Assembly (NCBI RefSeq): GCF_963506605.1
Contig: NC_083288.1
Location: 29,388,001 to 29,452,000 of the forward strand
DNA length: 64,000 bases
Direction: 5' to 3'
From: Zootoca vivipara
Taxonomy: Eukaryota
The notes beneath the pieces are model-generated. The model was not told where the DNA came from. It did not search any database and was given only the letters and a program-made list of their open reading frames with translations. Both the position numbers and the translations under genes were made by a program. Positions 49,110 to 59,872 of this stretch are shown piece after piece (the stretch's first letter is position 1; the number at the start of each line of letters is the position of its first letter).

Positions 49110-49255
49110 CAGTGCTTTTTTAAAAAAATGTTTAGGGGTACTCTCATTTTCCTACTAATATTAAAATACTGCCCCTCAATGAGGCCAAACTTAGATTCAC
49201 AAAATGTTTAGGGGTATGCGTACCCCTGCGTCCCCGCAAGAAAAAAAAGTCACTG
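49110..49255. mobile_element. Small TIR element (hAT-like MITE)
   Basis: cagtgctttttt...aaaaaaagtcactg ends; internal aaaatgtttaggggta occurs twice. Confidence 0.6.
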
Positions 49256-49365
49256 CATGCAGAAATTAATTACATTGGGTTTTTTGAATTTAGCAGATTA
49301 CGTATATTACACAAAATGCCATGCAACATATGTATTAGAAATTTGCACTGTCAATCTGACTTCAC

Positions 49366-49368
<3 letters not shown>

Positions 49369-49440
<72 letters not shown>

Positions 49441-49445
49441 TGTGT
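49369..49445. repeat. (CT)n(GT)n compound microsatellite
   Basis: Read directly from the sequence. Confidence 0.95.
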
Positions 49446-49687
49446 AAAGCAACATGGAAGTATGGAGAACTGAAATGGAAATTGCAAAAATGAGAAACTG
49501 AGAGAAAATTAAATTGATGGTTTCACCCATTCCAACTCCCAAACTACGCAGTTGGTTTTTTGGGGGTGGAGAGTGTTAGAGGGCAGGACGGGTAAACTAA
49601 ATCTTTGCACAAGTTATTGAATTAACCTTGGGGACAGGAATGGGGGTGTTTGAAGGTGTTGTATGTAAGTTGTATGTACATACACAG

Positions 49688-49907
49688 GTTACAGGTAGGT
49701 AGCCGTGTTGGTCTGGATCGAAGTAAAATAAAAAAATTCCTTCAGTAGCACCTTAAAGACCAACTAAGTTTTTATTTTGGTATGAGCTTTCGTGTGCATG
49801 CACACTTCTTCAGATACACTTCAGAAGAAGTGTGCATGCACACGAAAGCTCATACCAAAATAAAAACTTAGTTGGTCTTTAAGGTGCTACTGAAGGAATT
49901 TTTTTAT
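49688..49907 (-). mobile_element. Penelope-like element end with 85-bp inverted repeat
   Basis: gttacaggtaggtagccgtgttggtc terminus; arms 49727-49811 and 49824-49908; 13-bp TSD tgtacatacacag. Confidence 0.8.
49780..49817 (-). ncRNA. Minimal hammerhead ribozyme-like motif of a Penelope element
   Basis: GUAU CUGAAGA A GUGUGCAUGCACAC GAAA GCUC AUAC: core boxes, helix II, helix I GUAU/AUAC and palindromic AGCU. Confidence 0.6.
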
Positions 49908-49979
49908 TGTACATACACAGTTAGGGCACCTGGGCAACAAAGTGCTTTAATACACTTGAGTTGTATCCATTTGAGTTTG

Positions 49980-50090
49980 TTACAGGTAGGTAGCTGTGTT
50001 GGTCTGATGCAGTCAAAACAAAATAAAAAAATCCTTCCAGTAGCACCTTAGAGACCAACTAAGTTTGTCATAAGTATGAGCTTTCGTGTG
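49980..50090 (-). mobile_element. Second Penelope-like end fragment
   Basis: Same terminus; 13-bp TSD ccatttgagtttg (49967-49979, 50091-50103). Confidence 0.8.
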
Positions 50091-50529
50091 CCATTTGAGT
50101 TTGGTTCAGGTTTGGTCATGGCACTGAAACTGTCTTGGTCACCCTAGTTGATGGTATTTATCTAGAGAGAAATACGGGCATGTAATTTGGGATTTTTTCC
50201 CTAATTATGGCCAAGAATACCTTTATTCAGCTCTAGTAAAGCACATACCATGCATGGGAAAAGTCCCAAGTTCAGTCTCTGTAACGTACAGGTAAGTTGG
50301 ACAAATCCTTCTGTCTAAATCCATGGAGATCCACTGTGCGCAAGTTTAGCCAACATTGATCTGCTTTTCTATGTTTTGTGATATGTATTGTAGAGGAAGT
50401 AAAGAGCTTTAAAACTTAGCCAATGCCAGTGATTTTCTAAGATGTCAGAACACACAAATTTAGCAATAGTCACTTATTGTAGAGTACGTTGAAGGATTGT
50501 TGTTCTTCATTGCTTCCACAAACACAAAA

Positions 50530-50830
50530 CGAATTATATTCCATTATATTTAAAGCTATAGCTAGATAAACTGCTCATTTTAGAGAGAAATCCAACAAAT
50601 AGAGAGAGAAAAGTTGGAAGGATATACTTGAAGCCACCATTTGCAATGTAGACAAGGGATTTGTGATCTGCTTCTGCTAATACCGATCTCCCATATATAA
50701 ATGTGTGGACTTTTTTGACATTCAAATACAAAGGCCAGCACCTCTTTTTCAATTTGTGCATGGTTGCTTTTGGGGTCGGTGAGAGGCCTTGTAGCACATA
50801 CTACTTGTCTCCAGAGTGTCCATATTTTTG
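50530..50830 (-). mobile_element. Old Gypsy RNase H relic
   Basis: The - strand gives RPLTDPKSNHAQIEKEVLA then frameshifted HTFIYGRSVLAEADHKSL, comparable to YAQIDKEALA...TDHKPL in the intact element. Confidence 0.75.
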
Positions 50831-51214
50831 TGGGATTTAATGTGTATCAATGCTGACTTGGCCCTGGGCAAAATATAGTGACTGACAATCTAATAAATAA
50901 ATTAACAAATTAAAAATATTTTTTTAAAAAAAATATCCCTTCATCAAAGCAGTTCTTATGCCTTCTCTGAAGAAACTATGGGGCAGTTCATAATCAGACT
51001 ATTGTGTTCAAATCTTTAGACTATGTTACCATGTCTACAGAGCATGAGGTTTTTTCATTTATTCATAAAGATTCATAAAGATTCCATACATTTGAGTACT
51101 TCTAGGAACATTGCAAGGAACATGTGCCACTGGTCTTTTTGGCTATATTATTTAGATTTTATATACATTGCTCACTTTGCCCATTCCTCAAAATACATAA
51201 GGGTACCTCTGTTC

Positions 51215-51632
51215 AAGAAGAAGAAGAAGAAGAAGAAGAAGAAGAAGAAGAAGAAGAAGAAGAAGAAGAAGAAGAAGAAGAAGAGTTTGGATTTGATTGT
51301 TGTTGTTGTTTAGTCGTTTAGTTGTGTCCGACTCTTCATGACCCCATGGACCATAGCACGCCAGGCACTCCTGTCTTGCACTGCCTCCCGCAGTTTCGTC
51401 AAACTCATGTTCGTAGCTTCGAGAACTACCTGAAGGAGTCTCAAAGCGGCTAACAATCTCCTTTCCCTTCCTCCCCCACAATAGACACCCTGTGAGGTGG
51501 GTGGGGCTGAGAGACTTCAGAGAATTGTGACTAGCCAAAGGTGACCCAGCAGCTGCATGTGGAGGAGTGGAGACGCAAACCCGGTTCCCCAGATTACGAG
51601 TTCACTGCTCTTAACCACTACACCACACTGGC
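51215..51632 (-). mobile_element. MIR/Ther-like squamate SINE with (CTT)n tail, interrupted by a BovB 3' fragment
   Basis: tRNA-like head gccagtgtggtgtagtggttaagagc...ggtttgcgtctcc, CORE-like gggtcaccttt, (GAA)n on + at 51215-51283. Confidence 0.8.
51298..51427 (-). mobile_element. BovB 3'-end fragment (~130 bp)
   Basis: Matches 26095-26212 and carries a (CAA)n tail. Confidence 0.9.
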
Positions 51633-52353
51633 TTCAATGTGAAGGTCTTTTGTTTGGCATATTGCGTGTCATCTTTAAATGAATTCCACAGTATAGCAAG
51701 TTTTTGCTCTAAGCAACGGTTCTATATTCGCATACACTTTCACAAATAGGGTGAACTCTATCAGTTCTTGGAAGTTGACCTCCGTTCCCCTTTGTGGAAT
51801 TACTTCCCCTGTGTGAAACTCCAGTCTTATATTTTCCAAAAGGATGTGGCATGGGTGTAGACAGGGGGGGGGCAGGAGGGGGCAGCTGCCCCCCCTAGAA
51901 GCAAAAAATTATTGTATTTTACAGACCATAACCAATACTTTGCCCCTCCAAAAACTGAAGTGGAAAGGGCTTTGCTTTAGCAAGAGCAGCTCTCCACTTG
52001 CTGGGGGCGGGAACACAGCTGTAACAAAAACACATCAAATAAATAAAGCAAAGTGGCTACCAGTACTTAAGCAGTTAAGACAATGGAGCAGAATATCCCT
52101 TCAGGCAAGGTCCACCCTATTCACCCTATCGTTATTCAGTGGGAGTTGTTAATGGGCATTCAGGGATCGCATTAACAGTTCTATTGGCGATTTAATGAGG
52201 GTGCAGAGGATTCAGTTTGACTAAGGTGGCCCTGCAAGGCTAAAAGGAAGTGAATAAGAAGGGGGGGGCTGTAGCTTTGATAGACACAGTGATGTTTATA
52301 AAAAGCATTGGTGTTCCAGTCTGCCCCTCCTCCTGCATCTGTATACTGTAAAT

Positions 52354-52689
52354 CAGGGGTGGCCACCTCCCAAGAGACTCTGATCTACTCACAGAGTTAA
52401 AAACTGGGAGTGATCTACCCCCTTTTGGGGGGTTCAGGTCAAAGCTGTTGAGTTTTTTTAAGGAAGGGAAGCCCTGTTTTGGGGGGTTTAGGTCAAACTT
52501 GTTGAGCTTCTTTTAGGAGGGAGGGAGGCCCATTTTTGTTTAGGGCTTCAGGTCATAGTTCAGCTTTTTTTAGGGAGGAGGAAAAATTTGGGTGAGCTTT
52601 TTTTAGGGGTGCCAGTGATCTAGCAGTGATCTACCACAGACATCCAGTGATCTACTGGTAGATCACAATCTACCTGTTGGACGTGCCTG
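52354..52689. mobile_element. Nested hAT (Charlie-like) MITE
   Basis: cagggg...gcctg ends, gatctac repeats, perfect 8-bp TSD ctgtaaat. Confidence 0.88.
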
Positions 52690-52748
52690 CTGTAAATCAA
52701 GCAGAGAGAAAGCTGCTTACAAGGCTCCTGTACAGGTGTACCGGTATC

Positions 52749-54320
52749 TTCCTCTTGTTGCAGAGTTCTAGCATTACAGCGTCACCCAGAGGCACCCACA
52801 AATGTGAGTTATCCCTCTCTCTATTTCTTCCTTCCTTTCCTCCCTCTTCCATCCTCAATAAAATACTGGGGGGGGGGGCAGATAAGCCCCACATAGAAAG
52901 CCCATCAACATGGGGGGGGGACTCTTTAAAATACAGTATTTACCAGTAATTTCTTTTTTTGGGGGGGGAGGCACCTAGGCCTCTAGGAGTTGGCTGCTAT
53001 GCCTAGGACAATTCAAGAAAGCAGAATCATGCATATACTATGGTAATATATCAATAGAATCATGGAATTGTAGTCGGAAGGGACCACAAGGGTCATCTAG
53101 TCCAACCCCCTGCAATGCAGGAATTTTTCCCCAATGTGGGGCTTGAACCCACAACATGGTTGAAATATTATGCTGATATGCAGCAACGCCTCGGAGCCAT
53201 CGAGACTGCGACCCTGTCTTGCCTCGCCCTCGCCTGCCCTGCCACCCCCTCTCCCCTGCCCGACCCTCCCATCCTCTTGCTGCAGAGTTCCAGCTTCACA
53301 GCATCACCCAGAGGCACCCACAAATATGAGGTATCCCTCTCTCTATTATTCCTTCCTTCCCTCCCTCTTCCATCCTTAATAAAATACTGGGGGGGGGCAG
53401 ATAAGCCCCACATAGAAAGCCCATCAAAATGGGGGGGGGTGACTCTTTCAAATACGGTATTCACCAGTAATTGGGGGGGGGGGAGAGGCACCTAGGCCTC
53501 TAGGATTTGGCTGCTATGCCTAGGAGTAGGACAATTCAAGAAAGCAGAATGATGCATATGCTATGGTAATATATCAATGGAATCATAGAATTGTAGTCGG
53601 AAGGGACCACAAGGGTCATCTAGTCCAACCCCCTGCAATGCAGGATTTTCCCCCCAAGGTGGGGCTTGAACCCACAACATGGTTGAAATATTATGCTGAT
53701 ATGCAGCAACGCCTCGGAGCTGTCGTGACTGCGGCCGTGCCTTCCCTCACCCTCACCCGCCCTGCCACCCCCTCTCGCCTGCCCGACCCTCCCGTCCTCT
53801 TGCTGCAGAGTTCCAGCATCACAGCGTCACCCAGAGGCACCCACAAATATGAGTTATCCCTCTCTCTATTTCTTCCTTCCTTCCCTCCCTCTTCCATTCT
53901 TAATAAAATATGGGGGGGGCAGATAAGCCCCACATAGAAAGCCCATCAACATGGGGGGGATGACTCTTTCACATACGGTATTTACTAGTATTTTTTTTGG
54001 GGGGGGGAAGGCACCTAGGCCTCTAGGAGTTGGCTGCTATGCCTAGGAGTAGGACAATTCAAGAAAGCAGAATGATGCATATGCTATGGCAATATATCAA
54101 TAGAATCATAGAATTGTAGTCGGAAGGGACCACAAGGGTCATCTAGTCCAACCCCCTGCAATGCAGGAATTTTTTCCTAAGGTGGGGCTTGAACCCACAA
54201 CATGGTTGAAATATTATGCTGATATGCAGCAACGCCTCGGAGCCGTCGTGACTGCGGCCGTGCCTTGCCTTGCCCTCGCCCACCCTGTCACCCCCTCTTG
54301 CCTGCCCGACCCTCCCGTCC
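52749..54320. repeat. Tandem array of three ~523-bp units
   Basis: aatcat.gaattgtagtcggaagggaccacaagg at 53058, 53581 and 54104. Confidence 0.92.
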
Positions 54321-55309
54321 TCTCCAGCCAAGCAGGGTAGCCGCCGCCGTTGCCAGCCCCAGAAGCACAAGGTGGCCGCTGCCGCCACCACGATGTCGTC
54401 AGGCCAGCTGGCCCTGTAGCCCCGCCCATGTTCCCACTTTGTGGCCCCGCCCCTGAATGATCATGGCTCCCCCCCCCCCCTAGTTTTGATCCTGGCTACG
54501 CCCTTGGGATGCTAAAAAGATAGAATTTTATATATTTACATTCATTGAGGATTCAAACTTAATAGTCACTCTCTTAAGGCACAACACTTCATTTTAGAAA
54601 GGTTACGTATGTGGGTCGCAATAGTTTCAGGCAAAAATTCTTTACAGAGAACATTTAAGCCCCAGTTAGCATTCTTGTTTAAAACTAGTCTCAGGATAGA
54701 CTATTTCCAACTAAATTGGATATTTGTGTCACTGCCTAGCAAGAATCTCACAGCCCCTTCTAGAGTTTTCCCCTTAGCTTCAGGGAAGCAAATTGAGTTG
54801 CCCTCTACAGCTAATCCCTAAATATAATCAGAACAGGCCCTTCTCACCCCAGGTTCCTAAACATGGGCTCATCCAAGATGTGAGAGGTTTTCTTCTTCTT
54901 TCACTGCTCCATTTCCCAAGAAAACCTACTTTTTAGCTTCAAATAGAAAGAAATGACAATCAACAGAAAAGTCAAAGGATTTTATCTCTGTATTATTATT
55001 GTCTGTATTTGCATTAGGATAAAGTAACTGCCTTTTGGTTCCAGAGGGTACAGCTACTATTGGTTCATTTAAGCTGCTGTATTTGGATCCTCTGTCTTAT
55101 TGGTTCCCTCCAAAAGGCAGCACTGTGATTGCCTGATATTGTTCCCTCCAAAATGTATCCCCTTCTAGCTAGTTCCCTGTCCCTATAAATGTAGCCTTCC
55201 TGCCCTCACAGTCAGTCTTGTTCACTTTAATAAAGAGCTGTTACTAGAGAACTGTCTCCAGCATGTTATGTCAAGAGAGCTGAAATCACAAACCCCACGT
55301 CACAACAAC

Positions 55310-55327
55310 TGGCGACGAAGGTGGGAT
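55310..55327 (+). promoter_or_regulatory. Primer binding site, tRNA-Ser(GCT)-type
   Basis: TGGCGACGAAGGTGGGAT two bases after the 5' LTR, complementary to the 3' end of vertebrate tRNA-Ser(GCT) as recalled. Confidence 0.8.
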
Positions 55328-55434
55328 CCGGAATGCTGAGGAGCGGTTAAACACAACCCTGCCTCAGAGTCCGGATTGCAGCTGAGAACAAGACTCACTG
55401 GCCAGCTGAGAAGACGACCCTGCCCGCTAGGACA

Positions 55435-58400
55435 ATGGAGAGTCCAAGGGTATTGGAGCCCTTCCAGCCATCAGAGCCCCACACCTGGGAAGACTACGTC
55501 GAACGCTTCGAGTTCTTCACAGTGGCTCAAGGGATCACCGATGCCAGCAAAAGAAGGGCCACATTCCTGAGCTACTGTGGGCCCGAGACCTTCAAGCTAG
55601 CCAAGGCATTACTTGCTCCAGCGAAGCTGAGTGAGACATCTCTCCAAGATATTCTTGCCTGCCTAACAAGCCACTTGGCGCCTACTGAGACCAAGATGGC
55701 CCGGCGGATGGAGTTCCATAAGAGGCAGCAGCATGCTGGGGAGTCTGTATCCGCATTTCTGGCTGAACTCCGGAAGCTCGCTCAGCACTGCGGCTTCCAA
55801 AATCTGGAAGAGACTCTCCTGGATCGGTTTATTGGTGGTCTGAGCAGCAAGAAAGCCAGAAGACGCATCGTGGCTAAAGAAGAGGTTACCCTTGCTTCAG
55901 CCTTGAAGGAGGCCACCGCCACGGAGAATTATGAAAGAGAGGAGCTTGATGCCAGTCGCAAGGCCACTAAGCCACAGATAGAAGTTGCGCATGCCATGGA
56001 CGAGCTAGAGGCTACTCCGAGCCAGAGCCCAGTCCGTGGGGTCGAGTTGGTGCGTCAGGCCTGCACAGTGCACAAAGATCACCGAGGCAGTTGCCCAGGT
56101 TGTGGCGGAAACCATGGGCGGAAGAGTTGTCGTTTCAGGGATGCTATGTGCCGGATGTGCGGGAAGACAGGTCATATCGCCAGGGTCTGTAGATCGGCGG
56201 CGTCAGGAGCAACAGGAGCACCTAGACTGGAGCATCGCAGACCGCCCACAGCAACTCATTTTCGAAAGGACTGCCACTACATAACGGAGATCAACGGGAG
56301 GGCCGTGCAGTTTCCAGCGCAAGGCAAGGCACACGTCAAGGTGAAGATTGAGGGTCAGCAGTGCGACATGGAGGTGGACTCTGGATCTGCATTCACCATC
56401 GTGTCGGACCAGACCGCGAAGACATTCTTCCCCAGGGGTAGGTTGCCCCCTCTGGAGCCCTTCCCGGCAACCTTGCAGTCGTACTCAGCAGGCCGCATCC
56501 ATGTTATGGGAATGTGTGCTGTGAGAGTACAGTTCCGGGACAAACAGGCTGTACTCAAACTGGTGATTGCGAAGGGCAGTCGCCCCAGTCTCCTGGGCAC
56601 TGACTGGTTCCCCGCCCTGGGACTGAGTATCTCAGGGCTTAATTCAATCCAAACCTGCCCTGAGATGAGCGAGGCATTATGCAAGGAATTTGCTGGTCTC
56701 TTTAATGGAAAACTGGGTTGTTATAAAGGGCCCCCAGTTGACTTCGAGTTGGACCCCGGGGTGGCCCCAATCCGACTCAAACCAAGGCGAGTGCCATTTG
56801 CACTGCAACCCAAGATCGAGGCAGAGCTGGATAAATTGGTCAAGCAGGGAGTTCTCTCACCCGTGGACTCTGCTAAGTGGGAGACTCCAATCGTCACGCC
56901 CCTTAAAGCAAATGGGGAAGTCAGGATATGTGCAGATTACAAATGTACTATCAATAAGGCACTCAGGGGAAACTCATACCCCATTCCAGTCGTATCACAT
57001 CTGTTGGCTAAACTGGCTGGGGGCAAGGTGTTCGCCAAAATTGACCTGGCACAAGCTTACCAACAGCTGCCAGTAACCCCACAATCAGCGGAAGCACAGA
57101 CTATTGTCACACATAAAGGGGCGTTCAGAGTTAACAGATTACAGTTCGGAGTTTGTGTGGCCCCAGGGATTTTTCAAGGGCTCATGGAACGCTTGTTAAG
57201 GGGTCTGCCGGGGGTCTTGCCATTTTTTGATGACGTTTTGATTGCTGGAAAAGACCCACAGGAACGGGTTGCGCGTGTCCGTGCAGTGTTGCTCAAGTTC
57301 AAGGAGGTGGGGTTGCAACTGAAAAAAGAAAAATGCAGTTTTGGGGTGCCAACTGTGGATTTCTTGGGGTTTAAAATTGATGCATCAGGCATCCACCCCA
57401 CAGATGCTAAGATTAAGGCCATCATCGAGGCACCACGACCACAGAACAAGACGGAGTTGCAGTCATTCCTGGGACTTATTAACTTTTATCATTTATTCTT
57501 ACCCCAGAAAGCTTCGGTAGCTGAACCATTACATAGACTTTTGCAGAAAAAGAATGTGTGGCGATGGGGGCGGGAGCAGCAGAAGGCTTTTGACTCCTTG
57601 CGAGAAATGCTGAGTAGCAGGAGCGTCCTTGCTCATTATGATGAGTCGAAGCCGCTGGTCTTGGCATGTGATGCCTCTCAATACGGCCTGGGGGCTGTGC
57701 TGAGTCATAGGGAACCGGATGGGTCGGAAAAGCCCATCTCTTTCTATTCCCGTACGTTGTCACCCACGGAGCGCAACTATGCTCAAATTGATAAAGAGGC
57801 ACTAGCAATTGTGTCAGGAATCAAAAGGTTCTATGATTATTTGTACGGTCGCCATTTCTCCATTGAAACGGACCACAAACCACTGTTAGGGTTGTTCAAC
57901 CCAAACAAACAAACACCACAAATTCTCTCCCCCAGAATGTTGCGTTGGTCAATATTCCTGAATGGGTTCCAGTACACCTTGACCCATGTGCCGGGGAAAC
58001 AGTTGTGCCACGCTGATGCACTGAGTCGATTGCCCCTTCCTGGCGGGAGCAATGAGGATCCTGCTCCGGCGGAGCACATTATGATGCTAGAAACATTTCC
58101 GGGGGCTCCTGTAACAGCTACTGATATAGCTGAGAAAACGAGGAAAGATGCTGTTCTCTCCCGTGTGCTCACTTGGGTGGGGAGGGGGTGGCCAGGTGGT
58201 CCGTATGAAGAAAAATTCAGGCCTTATGCGACAAGGCAGCACGAATTGTCCATGCATAAGGGTTGTCTCCTATGGGGAGATAGGGTGATCATCCCAGCAC
58301 CACTGAGAAACAGGGTTCTTGAGACGCTTCACATGGGACACCCGGGAATGGTCAGGATGAAGTCGCTAGCCCGATGTTATGTGTGGTGGCCTGGAATGGA

Positions 58401-59511
58401 CCAGAACATAGAACAATGGGTACGAACATGCAAGGCATGCCAAGAGGTGCGGCCAGAAGTGGCCAGAGCACCAGTCCACTGGTGGGAGCAGTCCAGGACT
58501 CCCTGGAGCCGGCTGCACATAGATTTTGCTGGGCCATTCCAAGGGAAGGTCTTTTTGGTTATCGTTGATGCATATTCCAAATGGTTAGAAGTGGCGATGG
58601 TCCCTAGCATGGCATCAGCTGCCGTAATCAAGGTGTTGAGGCAGCTGTTTGCAACCCATGGGTTACCTGAGACCATTGTATCAGATAATGGGGCAGCTTT
58701 TGTATCCCAAGAATTCAGGGCATTCTTGGCTGATAACTTCATAAGAGGGGTCACATCCGCGCCCTTTCACCCATCCTCCAATGGGCAGGCTGAGCGCATG
58801 GTAAGAACAGCCAAAGAATCCATTGCGCGCTTAATGGAGGGTAACTGGTCAGCTCGCATTGCGCGAATGTTATTTTTGCAGCATGCGACGCCGTGTACTG
58901 CGACGGGCAAGTCGCCAGCTGAGCTGCTCTTAGGTAGAAGACTGGTAACGGTGCTGGATTATGTCCACCCAGATAAAATGTCAAACCGTAATTCAAGAGC
59001 AACCCCCCAGGCTGAGACTGACACAACAAGGTATCTCGCCCCTGAAGATCTGGTCTGGGTGAGGAACTATTCACGAGGTCCGCGGTGGGTGGCCGGTGTG
59101 ATCACCCGGACTAGTGGACCTGTGTCCTATTATGTGACCTTGGAAAATGGGCAAGTTTGGAAGAGACATATAGATCAGCTGAGGCGCCGGGCGCTCAGCA
59201 GGGAGGAGTCAGATAATTCATCCCTGGCTAATGACGCACAGCTGCGAGACCAGAGTGAAGATGGCCCAGAGGTGCAGTCACCAGGGGCTTCCGCAAATGA
59301 ACCAGGGCCTGCTAGTCCTCAGGATGACGAGGTACAGGTAGGGGACCCTGAGATGTCTGGGACTCCATCTGTTCCTGACGAAACCCCTATAGCAGCCCCT
59401 CCACCACAGGTAACACCCAATCCAGAACCTGCAACACCTGTTGTCAGGAGATCAAGTAGAAGTTGTAGGACCCCACAGTACCTGAGGGATTACGTCTGCT
59501 GTGCTCACTAG
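55435..59511 (+). CDS. Gag-Pol polyprotein (1358 aa, single ORF)
   Basis: Two zinc knuckles (CPGCGGNHGRKSC, CRMCGKTGHIARVC), protease VDSGS, RT FFDD, RNase H CDAS/TDHKPL/ADALSR, integrase HHCC and HIDF...SDNG...AER. Confidence 0.97.
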   Translation: MESPRVLEPFQPSEPHTWEDYVERFEFFTVAQGITDASKRRATFLSYCGPETFKLAKALLAPAKLSETSLQDILACLTSHLAPTETKMARRMEFHKRQQHAGESVSAFLAELRKLAQHCGFQNLEETLLDRFIGGLSSKKARRRIVAKEEVTLASALKEATATENYEREELDASRKATKPQIEVAHAMDELEATPSQSPVRGVELVRQACTVHKDHRGSCPGCGGNHGRKSCRFRDAMCRMCGKTGHIARVCRSAASGATGAPRLEHRRPPTATHFRKDCHYITEINGRAVQFPAQGKAHVKVKIEGQQCDMEVDSGSAFTIVSDQTAKTFFPRGRLPPLEPFPATLQSYSAGRIHVMGMCAVRVQFRDKQAVLKLVIAKGSRPSLLGTDWFPALGLSISGLNSIQTCPEMSEALCKEFAGLFNGKLGCYKGPPVDFELDPGVAPIRLKPRRVPFALQPKIEAELDKLVKQGVLSPVDSAKWETPIVTPLKANGEVRICADYKCTINKALRGNSYPIPVVSHLLAKLAGGKVFAKIDLAQAYQQLPVTPQSAEAQTIVTHKGAFRVNRLQFGVCVAPGIFQGLMERLLRGLPGVLPFFDDVLIAGKDPQERVARVRAVLLKFKEVGLQLKKEKCSFGVPTVDFLGFKIDASGIHPTDAKIKAIIEAPRPQNKTELQSFLGLINFYHLFLPQKASVAEPLHRLLQKKNVWRWGREQQKAFDSLREMLSSRSVLAHYDESKPLVLACDASQYGLGAVLSHREPDGSEKPISFYSRTLSPTERNYAQIDKEALAIVSGIKRFYDYLYGRHFSIETDHKPLLGLFNPNKQTPQILSPRMLRWSIFLNGFQYTLTHVPGKQLCHADALSRLPLPGGSNEDPAPAEHIMMLETFPGAPVTATDIAEKTRKDAVLSRVLTWVGRGWPGGPYEEKFRPYATRQHELSMHKGCLLWGDRVIIPAPLRNRVLETLHMGHPGMVRMKSLARCYVWWPGMDQNIEQWVRTCKACQEVRPEVARAPVHWWEQSRTPWSRLHIDFAGPFQGKVFLVIVDAYSKWLEVAMVPSMASAAVIKVLRQLFATHGLPETIVSDNGAAFVSQEFRAFLADNFIRGVTSAPFHPSSNGQAERMVRTAKESIARLMEGNWSARIARMLFLQHATPCTATGKSPAELLLGRRLVTVLDYVHPDKMSNRNSRATPQAETDTTRYLAPEDLVWVRNYSRGPRWVAGVITRTSGPVSYYVTLENGQVWKRHIDQLRRRALSREESDNSSLANDAQLRDQSEDGPEVQSPGASANEPGPASPQDDEVQVGDPEMSGTPSVPDETPIAAPPPQVTPNPEPATPVVRRSSRSCRTPQYLRDYVCCAH

Positions 59512-59522
59512 GGGGGGAGGGG
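59510..59522 (+). promoter_or_regulatory. Polypurine tract
   Basis: agggggggagggg immediately precedes the 3' LTR and overlaps the stop codon. Confidence 0.9.
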
Positions 59523-59872
59523 TGTTGTGTATTGAGTCAAAGGATTTTATCTCTGTATTATTATTGTCTGTATTTGCATTAGGATAAAGTAACTGCCTTT
59601 TGGTTCCAGAGGGTACAGCTACTATTGGTTCATCTAAGCTGCTGTATTTGGATCCTCTGTCTTATTGGTTCCCTCCAAAAGGCAGCACTGTGATTGCCTG
59701 ATATTGTTCCCTCCAAAATGTATCCCCTTCTAGCTAGTTCCCTGTCCCTATAAATGTAGCCTTCCTGCCCTCACAGTCAGTCTTGTTCACTTTAATAAAG
59801 AGCTGTTACTAGAGAACTGTCTCCAGCATGTTATGTCAAGAGAGCTGAAATCACAAACCCCACGTCACAACA

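Larger units (their letters stand above)
54970..59872 (+). mobile_element. Ty3/Gypsy LTR retrotransposon, Mag-like, near full length
   Basis: 5' LTR 54970-55307 (lacks first 12 bp); 3' LTR 59523-59872 (TG...CA); one mismatch between LTRs by eye; PBS and PPT present. Confidence 0.97.

Noticed and set aside
51023-51538. Poly-K, poly-E and poly-L ORFs
   Set aside because: They are translations of the (GAA)n SINE tail.
53115-54456. Repeated proline-rich ORFs
   Set aside because: They come from the C-rich tandem units, with frame-breaking homopolymer differences between units.
55435-59511. Domesticated Gypsy-derived host gene
   Set aside because: Near-identical LTRs, PBS, PPT and full pol indicate a young transposon; no env ORF was seen.
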